Source: Chrysomallon squamiferum (Eukaryota; Animalia; Mollusca). Taken from it: 64,000 bases of DNA. The DNA lies in contig CM022672.1 in assembly GCA_012295275.1 (NCBI GenBank), positions 10,168,001 to 10,232,000 of the forward strand, given 5' to 3'. The position numbers were made by a program, and so were the translations under genes. Of this stretch, positions 48,090-61,565 are shown in pieces. The notes beneath the pieces were generated by a model. The model saw only the letters and a program-made list of their open reading frames with translations, was not told where the DNA came from and made no database searches. The number at the start of each line of letters is the position of its first letter. Within the stretch, counting starts at the first letter, position 1.

Positions 48090-48530
48090 TAATAGTGGAG
48101 GTGATAGTAGTAATAGCAGCAGGAACAGTAGTAGTATTAGTTGCAGTAGTAGTACTAGTAGCAGCAGAAATAATAATATAAGCAATAGTAGTAGCAGTTG
48201 CAGTAGCAGGAGGAGGAATAGTAGTATCAGTAGTAGTGGAGTAGAAGTAGTAGTAGTTGTAGTAGTAGTAGTAGTAGCTGTTGTGGTTGTAGTACAAATA
48301 GGTATAGAAGCAGCACTAGTAGCAGTAGTATATTTATAGTTCATTAAATAGTTGCAGTAGTACTAGTAGTGGTAGTAATAGCAGTAGTAGTAGCAACAAT
48401 AGTAATAGCAATAGAAGTTGTAGTAGTAGTAGCAATAGTAGTAGTAGTAGCAACAGCAACAATGGTGGTACTAGTAGCAGCAGTAAAAGTAGTAGTAACA
48501 GATGTATTAGTAGTAGAAGTAGTAGCAAAA
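48090..48530. repeat. Degenerate (AGT/AGC/AAT)n trinucleotide tract
   Basis: About 440-bp low-complexity tract upstream of the P450; source of the poly-L/V/T/Y ORFs. Confidence 0.9.
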
Positions 48531-48778
48531 GCATTACTAATATCTCAGCCTATTATTTATTTCCACATTTCCACTGCTTTTGTTTTTGTTTACACGACAG
48601 TCACGTAATTAAGGCAGCTAACCTTTCTGCCAGCATCCAAAGACGTCAAGGGCGTTACTAGGCACAACAATATTCATAGCTTATCAAGAATGACCTATTG
48701 ATTCGCGAAATATCTCTCTGACGTAGGTACGACTATCGGCCATATCAACATTAACGTGTATCTTGCGTTCATTGCGCC

Positions 48779-48786
48779 TATATAAA
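48779..48786 (+). promoter_or_regulatory. Candidate TATA box of the P450 gene
   Basis: GCC-TATATAAA-CG about 100 nt upstream of ATG 48887, with CRE-like half sites at ~48643 and 48719. Confidence 0.5.
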
Positions 48787-48886
48787 CGAAAGCACCCCGA
48801 TAAACAGACAAAACAATTCAAATTAGTGATTCGCTAATACCCAATATATCAGCAGTGGAGTATTCTGCCTTCAAAGCTAATCCATT

Positions 48887-49260
48887 ATGTTTGTTACATC
48901 ACTTTTAGTTTTCCTTACAACTTTTTTAACAGCTTTCTTCTACAGGTAAGTAAAATTTGATTTTGGTTTTGTTTATTTATTTTTCCTTTCTATTGAGGTT
49001 AAATTTGTTTTAATAAATAAAAATATGAAATGTGAAATTTTTAAAATCATTTTTTTTTAAATTATTTTACTTTTATTAATCTTTCTAACGATTTGAAATT
49101 TATTGTTTTGCAGCCGTCGTTGCAGAAGAATGCAGCTTTTCAAAGACATGGGCATACAAGGACCTAAACCTAACTTCTTGTTCGGAAATTTACTGTCGGT
49201 ACGCAAAATGGTAAGATTAAATAAATTAGTGATTTTACTATTAGCTATATTCTTCTTCAA

Positions 49261-49294
<34 letters not shown>

Positions 49295-49305
49295 TTTATT
49301 TCTTT

Positions 49306-49337
<32 letters not shown>

Positions 49338-50379
49338 TTTTTTTTGTTTTGTTGTAGTATCAGTAGATTTTTTCAAAAGACAAAATGAAAAGAGAATAGA
49401 AAAAAATAAAAATAAAAATAAAACACGAAAAAGTGAATTGTTAAATCTATAAAAAGTGCTGTAATGTTTGTAGTTATTCTGAGGTTGGGAACCTCCGTAA
49501 ACGTTTCGGCAGTTCCTCAAACTGACTATTGACTTCTCAAACAGCTAAATATCTCTTCTGTCTAATCGATTTAATATATCCTTCCTTTTTCAACTCCAAA
49601 TATATAAAATACATAAGAAATAATGAACATCACGAAAGAAAATATATCATTAGTGGGTTTTTTATAATATCAGACATTTTACGTTTAATTCACATTAAGG
49701 TGTATCTAATGCTGTAAACTCTACCCTATGATCGATTTGTCCTAGACTGTTGTATGTGCGTTCCTGTCAGTGGGTAGGCACGAAACAAAAAAAAAAAATA
49801 ATTTGCTGCTAATGGGTATGAATAGATCACTGAGCTGCGGCATAGTTTCCTCTCTCAAATTATACGATATACAAAAACTTTATTTTTGATACCTAATAAC
49901 TGTCAGTATTAAAATGTATTAAGTATCATTAAACATTTGTTTGTTTATTTATTTATTTTATTTTTTTTATGTTTTAGGGTTTTCATCAACTATATCAAGT
50001 ATGGAACAAAATGTATGGACGTACATTTGGGTAAGCACGATATAATCAATAGTGTACGGTTGCGTGTTTTTTTATATTTGTAATTTAATTTAATTAAATT
50101 TAATTGTTTGTTTGTTTGTTTGTTTGTTTGTTTGTTTGTTTATTTATGTATCCTCTTTAAAACGTTATTTCTATAGGCAATACTCACCACAGTTTTGTTT
50201 TATTTACTTACTGTATTTATATTTCATATTTCAGGTACTTCGAAGGACCAAGCCCTGTTTTGGTTACCTCAGATGAGAAAATATTACACCAGGTTTTTGT
50301 CAAGCAGTTCAGAAATTTCCATGCACGAAAGGTAAATTATCACATAATTATTTTTATAATATCAGTTAATAATTCGCTG

Positions 50380-50423
<44 letters not shown>

Positions 50424-50494
50424 TCACAGATGTATTTAAATAATAAACATTATTGGAAGTTACCACAGAATCTAAGCGTTTTGTTATTATTGTT

Positions 50495-50558
<64 letters not shown>

Positions 50559-50849
50559 GTTAACATGCTATGTTATATATTATTACAATAATCTTCATTT
50601 CTGCAGGTATTCCCAGTTCAAGTCGATCCCGATTACGATGAAAATGTTCATATGTTTTTTGCTCGTGGTGATCGATGGAAGCGCCTGAGATCAATAACCA
50701 ATCCAGCTTTCAGTTCGGCAAAACTTAGAAAGGTAAGTAAAATGTAAACTGTACTTGATGTACTTAAAAATAATAATTAAGAAAAGAAAACGATAGAATA
50801 AAGAATAGAAATACCGACGCATAGAGATCAAGAAAAATGATTGCAGTTT

Positions 50850-50940
<91 letters not shown>

Positions 50941-51760
50941 GAATAACGCAGTCAAATAATACTGTAATTTATATTATTTATTACAGATGGTGCCCATTCT
51001 GAACGACTGTTTTTCCAAATTTGTTTCTGTTGTAAAATCAGCAGGCGAAAAAACGGCAAAAGTTGATATGCGAGAGTAAGTAGTAAATTATTCATACAAG
51101 TCACTGAAATATCTGCTGTAGCTTAGATAAAATTTCTGAAGAGTAGGGACGAGTTCATTTTACTTGATGTAACTTTCATATTCAGCCAAAACATTGGGAT
51201 GAGGAACATTGGATATTATTATTATTATTATTATTATTATTGCTTGGAAACAAACAAACAAAAATAATACAACAACAACAACAACGTATCTGCATATAAC
51301 ACACACAGAAAGGCAGGCACAAATAAAAATGTATGTATTGTACAGGCGCCTTTTCCTTTGTTGTTATCTGTCGGTCTGTGTAGCTGTCTGTCTGTCTGTC
51401 TATCTGTCTATCTATCTATTTATCTGTCTGTCTGTCTATCTATTTGTCTGTCTGTCTGTCTGTCTGTTTGTTTCACTTGCTTGTTGTAATGTTTGATATA
51501 TTCTAAAACAATGTATATTGTTATTTACAGTTTGTTTCAACGTCTTACCCTTGACACGATCTCGCGGTGCGGTTTTGGTTTGGACTCTAGAGCCATAGAG
51601 AACCCTAATGATTTATTCTACACACACTGCAAACGTGTCATCGCCGACACAACGAAAAGACCCTGGCTGTTTCTGTTTGGATGTAAGCATAATCTAGATA
51701 TAGTTACATAATTATAGTGATTAAATAAATAAATAAATAAATAAATAAATTAGTTAGTTA

Positions 51761-51818
<58 letters not shown>

Positions 51819-52033
51819 CATTAATGAATAAATTATAATATTTAGAAGAAAATAAATATTTAAACAAAATAATTATTAGTTCCAGCAGTAACTGTACATA
51901 TTTCTATTAAAGCTGCCGTTGGTGATATTACTACTACTACTACTACCATAGCTACTTCTAATACTGCTCCTAATACTACTACTACTGCTGCTGCTACTAC
52001 TGCCACCACCATTCTAGCTGCTACTGCTATCTC

Positions 52034-52094
<61 letters not shown>

Positions 52095-54497
52095 AAATTA
52101 ATGTTCTTGCAGTCATCTTTCCTGCTCTGCATGCCCTATGGATAATAATCTATAAATTAATTGGATATCTACAATACAATCCTGTGTTTTGGCTGGAAAA
52201 ACAACTCAGCAGTGTTATTCAGGATAGAAAGACAGAACATTACGTAAGTAATCTGGTAAAATCTTGTATGTTATTCCGGCTGATAGCATAAAAAGTAAAA
52301 ATAAATGATACTGAACTTTTGTTGATAATCTTTTCTAAAAGTAGTTATTTTTCAATAGTTTTAAATTAAACAAACATCTGACATTAAATGGTCGTATTAT
52401 AGTAACTGTAAATAAGCACTAATTATCTGTTACTCTTTTGTAGAGGAGAGAAGATCTGCTGCAGTTAATGATAGACGCCAAATTCTTGGATGAGAACTGT
52501 AATGTTGTCACGAAGGAACAACAGACTAGCTGCAAAGAAATGATTATGAAGCGACTGACCAATGACGTAAGTTGTTATAATAGTCTTCACATTTGTATCT
52601 ATTATATTTATTTGTGGAATTAAAAAATATATATCTTCACGGTAAAATTGAGGTGATGTAATTCAGCATGCCCGGAAATCCATTGGACCGTCTTGACCAA
52701 TTGACTTCCACATCCTCATAGACTATAAAGACGTTCGCTAATTGATTCCATGTCTGTATATTGCGTCATCGTTTCATTACATTAAACAGTTATCGCGTTA
52801 ATTTATCGAAAACTTTAGAATTTTCAACAACAACAACAACAATAACAATAATAGCATTAATAGTAATTAATTACAACGATTATTTATTTCTCCAAAATAA
52901 AATAGAGTCTACAGTCGTCAGTTTTCTTCTTATTTTTAGGAAATCATCGCTCAATCGTTCCTGTTTATGCTGGCCGGTTTTGAGACAACGAGTACAACAC
53001 TATCTTACATTTTTTACGAACTGGCTGTCAATCCAGATGTTCAGCAGAAACTCAGAGAAGAAATAGACGAGCATTTCCCTTCAAAGGTATGCACAGTTAC
53101 AACTGACATTCTCTTCGTTTTGCTGTATTGTGCACATAATAACATGAAAACGTGCAATTTTTTATTTAAAGAAACCAGGATTTGTTATGGGTAATGAATG
53201 CAAGATTTATTTTAAAGCAGTATTAAACAAAAAATAACACAAATTGCTACTGTTATCGAAATGTTATACCTACGTACAAGAGAGTCAGAGATGTGAGACA
53301 GGGAAATGACTATATCTGTTACAGATGATAATGTCAATTGTTACTGATATCTGAGGTATATACAGTGACTGTGCAGGTTCAGTAAATAAATGAAAATATT
53401 CTACGATATTGCAATTTAGGCTTAAATGTTTTCCGGGGTTTCATTCAATTTTTTCTTTTTCATTTTAAAATGTTTTAAGTATTAAACTGCAGTTCATTTA
53501 TATTTGAAACGGCTAATGCATGGACATTTCGTTTAATTTTACAGGAAAACAAACCATGCTACAACAGTGTAAATCAGCTGCAGTATTTGGATATGGTTAT
53601 CCGAGAAGCGCTTAGGAAGTACCCTTTGGCCAGTGGGTAAGTTATAATCCGTGTTAATAGTTTATATTTTATTTTGACGTGCGTTATGCAATCTGAAAAA
53701 TGCAATTATTTATCAAGCTATTTATAATAATATATATTAAATCGTTATTCTTTCTAGAAAATATTAACATTTTAAACATATATACACACACATACACACA
53801 TACAGATATATACTTATATGTTATTTTTGTATATTTTCAGTGTCATAGCACGAAAATGTATGGAGACTTGCGAGGTGGAAGGGCTGGTTATTCCTAAAGG
53901 CACGATTGTCCAGGCAGACGTGTGGAGTTTGCACAGACGTCAGGATTTGTGGGGAGGCGACATCGAAAGCTTTAAACCAGAAAGGTGTGTTCAGTAAAGC
54001 TAATCATAAAACACTCGTCTGAGATGCATTTGGTTGCATATCAGATAATGTTTATTTATTTAGTGAAATGGGACAGCAAATGTAAATTTTTAACATTTAG
54101 ATAGTCTTGAGATTCATTTGACAGTTTATTAATATCAATTTTATTAATATAATATAATGAACGCAATTTTCCAGACTGTAAGGTAGCAAAACTAAAAATG
54201 CATTTTATTTTTATTTACTTAAGAGTAAAAATAAATATATTTTCCCGTTCCAGATTTTCTCCAGAAAAGACACGCGAGCGACACCCAATGGCTTGGATGG
54301 CATTCGGCGGAGGGCCACGCCAGTGCGCAGGCCTGAGATTCGCACTGCTGCAGATGAAAATGGTGACAGTCGAACTATTAAAAAACTTTATTCTCCTTCC
54401 TGCCAAGAATCTTGAAAACCCACTGACTCTTATTGAAGGAGCCACGGTTCTTCCAAAGTTTGGCATAATTCTCAGTGTTGTGAATCGAGGGAAGTGA
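48887..54497 (+). CDS. Cytochrome P450, clan 3 (CYP3A-like), microsomal, about 517 aa
   Basis: 13 phase-consistent exons, 1554 nt: 48887-48945, 49114-49210, 49978-50030, 50235-50331, 50607-50732, 50987-51075, 51531-51682, 52113-52243, 52444-52566, 52940-53086, 53545-53636, 53841-53984, 54254-54497. Motifs: N-terminal anchor, GPKP hinge, C-helix WKRLR, I-helix AGFETT, K-helix EALR, PERF, heme motif [10 protein letters not shown]. Confidence 0.97.
49720..49945 (+). mobile_element. Degraded SINE-like copy in P450 intron 2
   Basis: ggcatagtttcctctctc (49839) is the reverse complement of the motif at 15716/29319; ends in attaaaatgtattaagtatcattaaaca plus (TTTG/TTTA)n. Confidence 0.55.
50484..50560. 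repeat. (TTG)n microsatellite
   Basis: Directly visible. Confidence 0.93.
50853..50935. repeat. (AG)n microsatellite
   Basis: Directly visible. Confidence 0.95.
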
Positions 54498-55338
54498 TCT
54501 CGGCCTGAACTGGCAGAAACATGGCTGCTACAAACTTTTCCGGCAAGGAGATCTGTTTCTGCAGATGCGAAATCCCCGTCTGTGCACCTTGAGTGTGGAA
54601 GAAGCCAGTGAAGCGGTGAGACATGCTTGATGACGAGTTCGAGAAACCAGTGGAAAGAGGAAAATAAGAAGTGAACAGCTTTGGTATGAAGGAAATGAAA
54701 AGAGACAGAACAAACTGAACAATAATTCGTCACGAGGATTTCTGTCCCTAGAACATTTGAAGCGTGGTCTAGAACTCTGCTATCCCCTGTCAGTTTACCA
54801 GACAAAATTAATACGTAGTAACAGCTGACTATCTATTCACAGTACATACAATTATTCATTCCGTTTCAAGATTTGAGAATATGTATTTGTATGATGAGTA
54901 AAGAGACAAAGTGCTTTGCATTGAAAAAGTTTCAAGTTGTACGAATTAATACCAAAGTTTAAAACTGTATCATATGCATACTATTTCCAGGTACAAGAAT
55001 TAATTTTAGGTGACAAAAGTGCTGAATTATTTCTCTAAACGATATCGAATATAATCAAATGTTTATGTGTTGTGTAACCTGGTGCCTAGCAAACATATTA
55101 TAGCATATTATTTATTGAGGACTGAATCTTCATGTATAAATTTGCACTTTAATAACCGGTGTGACCCGTCAGTGTACTTTTCGGAGATGCAGTAAATACT
55201 ACAAATATTTATGGACATAGTGAATGCATTGTTTAATATAAAATAATAACATTATCATTTAACTGTCATTATTATCACTATTATTTGAAATAAAAATATT
55301 TAATATTACTATTTAATTATTGTTTTTTCTCTATTTTG

Positions 55339-55341
<3 letters not shown>

Positions 55342-55433
<92 letters not shown>
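55342..55433. repeat. (TC)n microsatellite
   Basis: Directly visible. Confidence 0.95.
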
Positions 55434-55437
<4 letters not shown>

Positions 55438-55989
55438 TTGTGGTGTGTTTATTGGCGGGAGTTGTACTTTTTTGTAACGGAGTGAGTTAATATTAAGGCT
55501 TATAAAACTTGTCTCCGTATTATTTATTTATTTATTTTATTTTATTTTATTTTAATATTTATTTATTTATTTATTTTATTATTATTTTTATTTTTATTTT
55601 TTTTAATTTCAGTGTTTTAATATTTTTGTTCTGAATTTGGTGACTTCGCCAAATTTCATTCCGTAAAGAGCGTTTTGTCTCAAAATCAATGACATAATTA
55701 AAAACATAGCAATGTATTCAGAACTGTTTCACTGGGCAGACATAATCAGTTAGTTCTAACTTTCTGGTTCGCTGAAATCCCGTTAATCGGTTTTGAATTC
55801 AATTTGTTACGTCAACTCTGATCAATAACGTATTACTATAATTAGTATAATATCAAAAATGTAGAAAGTGCAACGATAAAAGGACCTCTCTGTGTAAATG
55901 TAAAAGAAAAGAGTATGGCTTAATGAGTAATCTTTTATTTATTTATTTATTCATTCATTCATTTTTTTTTTTTTTATTATTATTATTAT

Positions 55990-56021
<32 letters not shown>

Positions 56022-57638
56022 ATAATAATAGTAGCAACAGCAACAGCAACAGCAGCAGCGGTAGAAGAAAAGGAAGTAGAAAACGACAGATGTAGCAGTA
56101 ATATTCCTAAAAATTGTTGTACAATGCAGAGAATATTAAAAACAACAAACAAACTGTGTTTTGAATACACACTGTGAATCTGTTATTAATGTGAACATGA
56201 TTTTAATTATAATGACACAATCTTGACTATCATTTGAAATACTTTTTCTACCTAGAATCTTCTTGTCAAATCTAGTATATTACTTTACCGTTATACAGAA
56301 TATTTATTAGTTAGAAGACATATATATATATATATATATATATATTTGGCAGAGAACTATCCAGTGAACTTTTCGTTGAATTTTTATTTCTTTTAAACAA
56401 TCATAATGTTTTATTCGGCTTTATTAACCATAAAATGATTTTATCCGGAATCTTATTATTATTATTATTATTTTATTTTTTTTTTATTTTTTTTTTTTTT
56501 TTTTTTTTTTTGGTGGTGAGAGAAGTGACTATAAAACTAAATTTTAGAAAGAAGAAGAATTAATCTGCTGTTGTTAGTATATTTTGAAAATTAACAAGAT
56601 CAGTAATTAAAAGAAACAGACGTTAATTTGAACCTAATCAAGCGGACCAGTTAAAAGACAGAGTAAAACGAGGTAAACATTCACAAGCGATAACATTTGT
56701 TTGATAACAATCGTATGAGTAAATGAGTTATCCACATTTGACGTCATTGCAGCGAATTAACGCAAAGATAACAGTGCATGATGCTGATGATGACAACGAT
56801 GCTGTGGCTCGACTGGTCCTATGTCACATGCACGTTCAGACAGTACACTATGTATTGTAAATGCGCCTGATACGGTATCTTCATATCAGATAGAGAGGTA
56901 GTGCTATCTAAACCACCTTTTCTTATTTTGTTGCATTGACGTATGTAGAAGGTCCAAGCTCATTTGCTGACGTAAATGAAAGACTTGTGATATGTGACAG
57001 AATAATTAGTTCAGTTCAAGGTGATTTCATTAAGAGACTGACACGGCTAAGAAAGAAAGAAAGAAGAAAAAAGATATAGAGAAGAAAACAGTGGAAAATA
57101 GATCAAAATAATTCGGTAGTTACATTTTAGTCAAATGTGTTTCATTAAAGGGGTTTATTTTATAATTTGCATGCAAGGAATTACAGTAAATGCATTTTTA
57201 TTTTTTTTTTTTTAAAATAATAATTTCATATATATTTAACATATAGGAATGCTCGCGCACGCGCGCACACCCACGTTTGTCCAGAAAGCCAAACCGTGGT
57301 TCGCGACCCACATTCTTCTGTTTGATATTTAATGTACAGTTCGCGCATGCATTTGCAGAATTTGGGGTTTCTTGTGTGTGTGTGTGTGTGCGTGTGTGTG
57401 TGTGTTTGTTTTTGATTATTTATTTTTTTTTTATCACAGTTAATTCTGTAACTGTAAGTTAGTGCCATTTTATTGCTTTGTCATGTTTTCCTCTGTGTTT
57501 GAATAGGTACTTACTAACACATATAAATGTCACAAAAAAACAACATACACACACAAAAATAATAGTTTTGTTCCCTTTAATTTTGGCTATAGTTTACATA
57601 TTTTTGGGGGGTTTTGTGTAATTTTTTTTTTTTTGTTT

Positions 57639-57672
<34 letters not shown>

Positions 57673-58008
57673 TTATAAATTATATACGAAATGTGTTATT
57701 GGTTACATAAATCAAATTAAAACCATCCCAGATTGTGTGTATATTTGAATATGTGTATCTGTACATGGGTATATGTGTGGGTACGTTTTTTTTTTTTAGA
57801 AGTCATTCATTTTAATTATTTTCAAGTAAACTCCTCTCTGTATTTTGTTTATACTGAGGAAATGTCTGACACTAAAAGAATTAAAGGTGTGACCGTTGCT
57901 ACTAGTGCTACTAATACCTCTATTACCACTAGTTTCTATTGATAAAACTTGGAAGGTTATCTTTTGTTCAGAACAGTAATTCATTTATTTTTTATTCGTT
58001 ATTATTTT

Positions 58009-58044
<36 letters not shown>

Positions 58045-58571
58045 TTATTTTCAACAAACGATTTTGTATTATAAAGTATTCTAAATAACGCATTATAATT
58101 AAGCTGGATTGATCGTAGGATTGTTCAACATTCATTTTCGTTTAATAAGATTTAACTTAATATCTGTGTGCTCGTTTTGGGGAAATCATGTTAACAGGGA
58201 AATATTTAACATTTTTTCTTCTTATATATATGAAACGTATTTTGTACTAGAAAACCCAACAAGTCCATCATTCCACAACGCTGACTCTTCTACTATGAAG
58301 ATTAATTGCAAATGCACTATTAGTAAGCACCAGTAGAAGCACAAAAACAAATAATTATAATCACACTGTCTGCCATCTTTTATAGTAAAAAATAAAACAT
58401 TAACAAAATCTTGTTATAAATACATTTATTATTAGATATAGCAATTAGTCGACAGTGATCGAAATCATAACAAAATGAGTTTTGGGGATTTTTTCCCCCC
58501 AATTTACATATCTCAAAGAAATATTATGTTATTGTCTTTCTAAGATTCATCTATGAAATGTTTTAAGTAAT

Positions 58572-59159
58572 CTAAATTTGTCCCATTTTCTCTAAACATT
58601 TTGCCGCATCTTTAAGCTTGCCCACAAAATCTTGAAGCTGTTCAAGTGAACACGAAAACTGAATGTCTTTTATTTCTGAAGATTCGGGTACTTCAGTCTT
58701 CAGAGATATAAGATAAACTGGTTCATTTACTTTTTCCAGATTATTATTCTTAATGTAATAATCTAAGCGCCAATCAACGTCTACAATATGTGGTGGGCCG
58801 CTGCCAATATTTCCAAGGAGAATTTGAAGGTATGGCTTGTATTTCACGTAGGTGCTGTTGAAAACATTAATTCTGTCTGAAGAAAATTTACAGTCTTCCA
58901 GAACAGATCCAATGGCTGCTGCTTCAGAATCGTGTTTAGCTGCTTCTAAGATCAGTGTGACAAGACCCCCAAACGCTGCCTTTAGTGTTGCCTTCTCAAT
59001 ATTTTTCAATGAGGGATCTTCCTCGGAAACATCTCTGAATTTAGAATCAAGTACTCCTTGACACGCTTTCGTAACTAGAACGTTGAAACTTTTATCAGGT
59101 ATTCGCACTGCATCACCTGCAATGGCGATGTTTTCTAAAACACTGCTGGCTATTTCCAT
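58572..59159 (-). CDS. COMMD3: COMM domain-containing protein 3, single coding exon, 195 aa
   Basis: Uninterrupted 195-aa ORF with C-terminal COMM domain PPHIVDVDWRLDYYIK...EPVYLISL...IQFSCSLEQLQDFVGKLKDAAKCLE and N-terminal ILEAAKHD, as in COMMD3. Confidence 0.96.
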   Translation of the reverse strand: MEIASSVLENIAIAGDAVRIPDKSFNVLVTKACQGVLDSKFRDVSEEDPSLKNIEKATLKAAFGGLVTLILEAAKHDSEAAAIGSVLEDCKFSSDRINVFNSTYVKYKPYLQILLGNIGSGPPHIVDVDWRLDYYIKNNNLEKVNEPVYLISLKTEVPESSEIKDIQFSCSLEQLQDFVGKLKDAAKCLEKMGQI

Positions 59160-59500
59160 GTTATGTTTTTTATCCCATCAAACGAACTGAAAAACAATCA
59201 CGTTCAATAATGTCACGCCCACTTCAGATTCTTAAAGTAAATAGTTTTATACAGACAACTACTTTTCTAGGTAATTTATTTCATCAGTAGTTACAATCAT
59301 CATTATCCTTTTTACTGCTGTTATAGATACGAAGAATGCATTTAACAGCGAAAAATGCACGTTAATATCACAATATCGCAAAAAGAAAACTCTAAGATCC
59401 GGATATTTCAACCATCAATTTATTGCCTTCTCTTCAAAAGATTCAATTTCCGGTTAAAGCTTTTACACGTTCAAAATTGTGACTTTCGTTTTCCTGTTTT
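59160..59500. promoter_or_regulatory. Putative bidirectional promoter between COMMD3 and XPNPEP1
   Basis: Divergent gene pair about 1 kb ATG-to-ATG. KLF/Sp-like CACGCCC near 59214 and ETS-like CCGGAAAT on the - strand near 59446-59453. Confidence 0.45.
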
Positions 59501-59995
59501 ATTTTTTTAAAAGGGTTTGTGCAATGGAATTAATATTTTTCACAGTTTAAAATGGCATAAAAGAAAGCATATTTTCAATGCATCAGAGGCATTATTCGGA
59601 ATCTATTTTATTGATATTTATAGTCTCTATGGTTTCGCTACTGAACAGTAGACTAAATTTTTAATAGTCACTATAGTGATACCTAAAACGCGAATATTCG
59701 AATGCTGCATATATATAGGAATTTATTCCGAATAAGGAAATGATTGTAAATTATTCAGTATCACTATACCTATGCTAACAAAATAATATATTTACTAACA
59801 GTAAATGTGAATGGTGGTTGAAATAAATATATTGATTAATTGAAATATATTAACTTTTTTGCACCTCCATGAAAAAGTTTAATGTCATGATCATGATGAT
59901 GCAATTTATAAATAAATAAAAGTTTCCATAATTATGTATTGAATTCATAACTGGACTTAACTGTAATCTTTAATATATATGCTGGTTTTTTAGTT

Positions 59996-60000
<5 letters not shown>

Positions 60001-60057
<57 letters not shown>
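60001..60057. repeat. (CA)n microsatellite
   Basis: Directly visible. Confidence 0.95.
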
Positions 60058-60060
<3 letters not shown>

Positions 60061-60165
60061 CACACACAGTCACAAATGCATATAAACCACTGTACCTTTT
60101 TTAGCTTTGATTTTGTTTTAAGGCATATTTTATTTTTATATAGCTGCTGTGCATTGGCTACTACT

Positions 60166-61520
60166 ATGTCATCCAAAAATTCCAGCCATATTTTGAATCA
60201 GCTGAGATTGTTGATGAAGAATCGAGCTCATGTCACTGAACCTCTGCATGCTTACATTATACCAACAGGAGACTACCACCAGGTAAATCAATCCAAACAC
60301 TGATGTAGACATAAAGACAACACATTTTATATTATGGGCTTTTAATATAATATCTTTCACACATGTTAGAGAAAACATATTGAATCACTTATGGGGTCTG
60401 CACCTGCTGATTGGTAACAAGGCATATTTTATGTTTGCCTTCCCATAGATCGCATAATACATATTTTTTCATGTTAGAATTATGAGTGGTAGTGCAAAGA
60501 ATACTGGTCCTATAGTAGTCACTTTCTTGCCAAATACATCTCTAAGTCTGATCCAGAAATGAAGATGTGTGGTTAAAAGCATGATCCAATAGCCTAAAGT
60601 TAAACTTACTTTAACTAGAACTGTTTGATAAATAAGAAGCGAATTACAACACAGTATATATGTAGATTATCTTTACATTAATAATGTACTCATAATTACT
60701 TTTAATACCACTATAAAACTATTATTAGTAATATTAGTAATACTGCTAGTACAATACTGTTACTTCTGCTATTACTACAACTAGTATTATTACTACTGAT
60801 ACTTTCACTATTAAGTATTACTGCTGCTGTGTTCTGTTATTATGCTATTACTTTAAGTCTGGTTTATTTTTCAGAGTGAATATGTTGCCCCCTGTGACCA
60901 CCGAAGAGCTTTTGTTTCAGGCTTCACTGGATCAGCTGGTTTGTACATTTTATATATATTATATGCATATAAATAAAAATACATATACATATACATATAT
61001 ACATACATAAATGTACATACATATATACATTAACAATAATAATAGAAACTATAGAACTAAAATTTTCTTTTCTGTCGTTGTAAATGACATCAGTGAATTA
61101 TTTTAATTGAATAAAAAATACTTTGTTAAGGCTTCCATAGACAAATGTTTCCCGTCAAGCATGAAATCATCTAACTTGTCTGTTTTGTTATGTGTCTGGA
61201 TACTGTGTTATGTTTTAGGTACAGCTGTTGTTACTGATACAAAGGCTGCTTTATGGACAGATGGAAGATATTTTCTGCAGGCAGAAAAGCAACTTGACAC
61301 CAACTGGATTCTCATGAAAGATGGTATTATAATTATCTCCTATTTGATATCCAATAATTGAAGAGATGACAGAAATATGAAAAATGTTTAAATGACTATA
61401 AAAAAAAACTAATAATAAAAAATTAAATATTGTGTAAAAATAGTGTCATACTGTAAAATCTAGAGTTGCAAAAAATTTAAGTTATTTCAGTTCATAATTC
61501 TAAATGATTAAAAAAACGGA

Positions 61521-61565
<45 letters not shown>

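Noticed and set aside
52940-53086. Thromboxane-A synthase (CYP5) assignment for the P450
   Set aside because: The I-helix keeps the canonical acid-Thr pair (AGFETT) of monooxygenases; only a clan-3 call is supportable without a phylogeny.
54215-54805. 196-aa antisense ORF as an independent gene
   Set aside because: About half is the mirror of the last P450 exon and it has no recognisable domain; kept only as part of a low-interest finding.
55633-55658. Hairpin GAATTTGGTGACTTCGCCAAATTTC
   Set aside because: Isolated short stem with no supporting context; bacterial-type terminators are irrelevant here.
58852-59061. 69-aa + strand ORF
   Set aside because: Antisense shadow of COMMD3.
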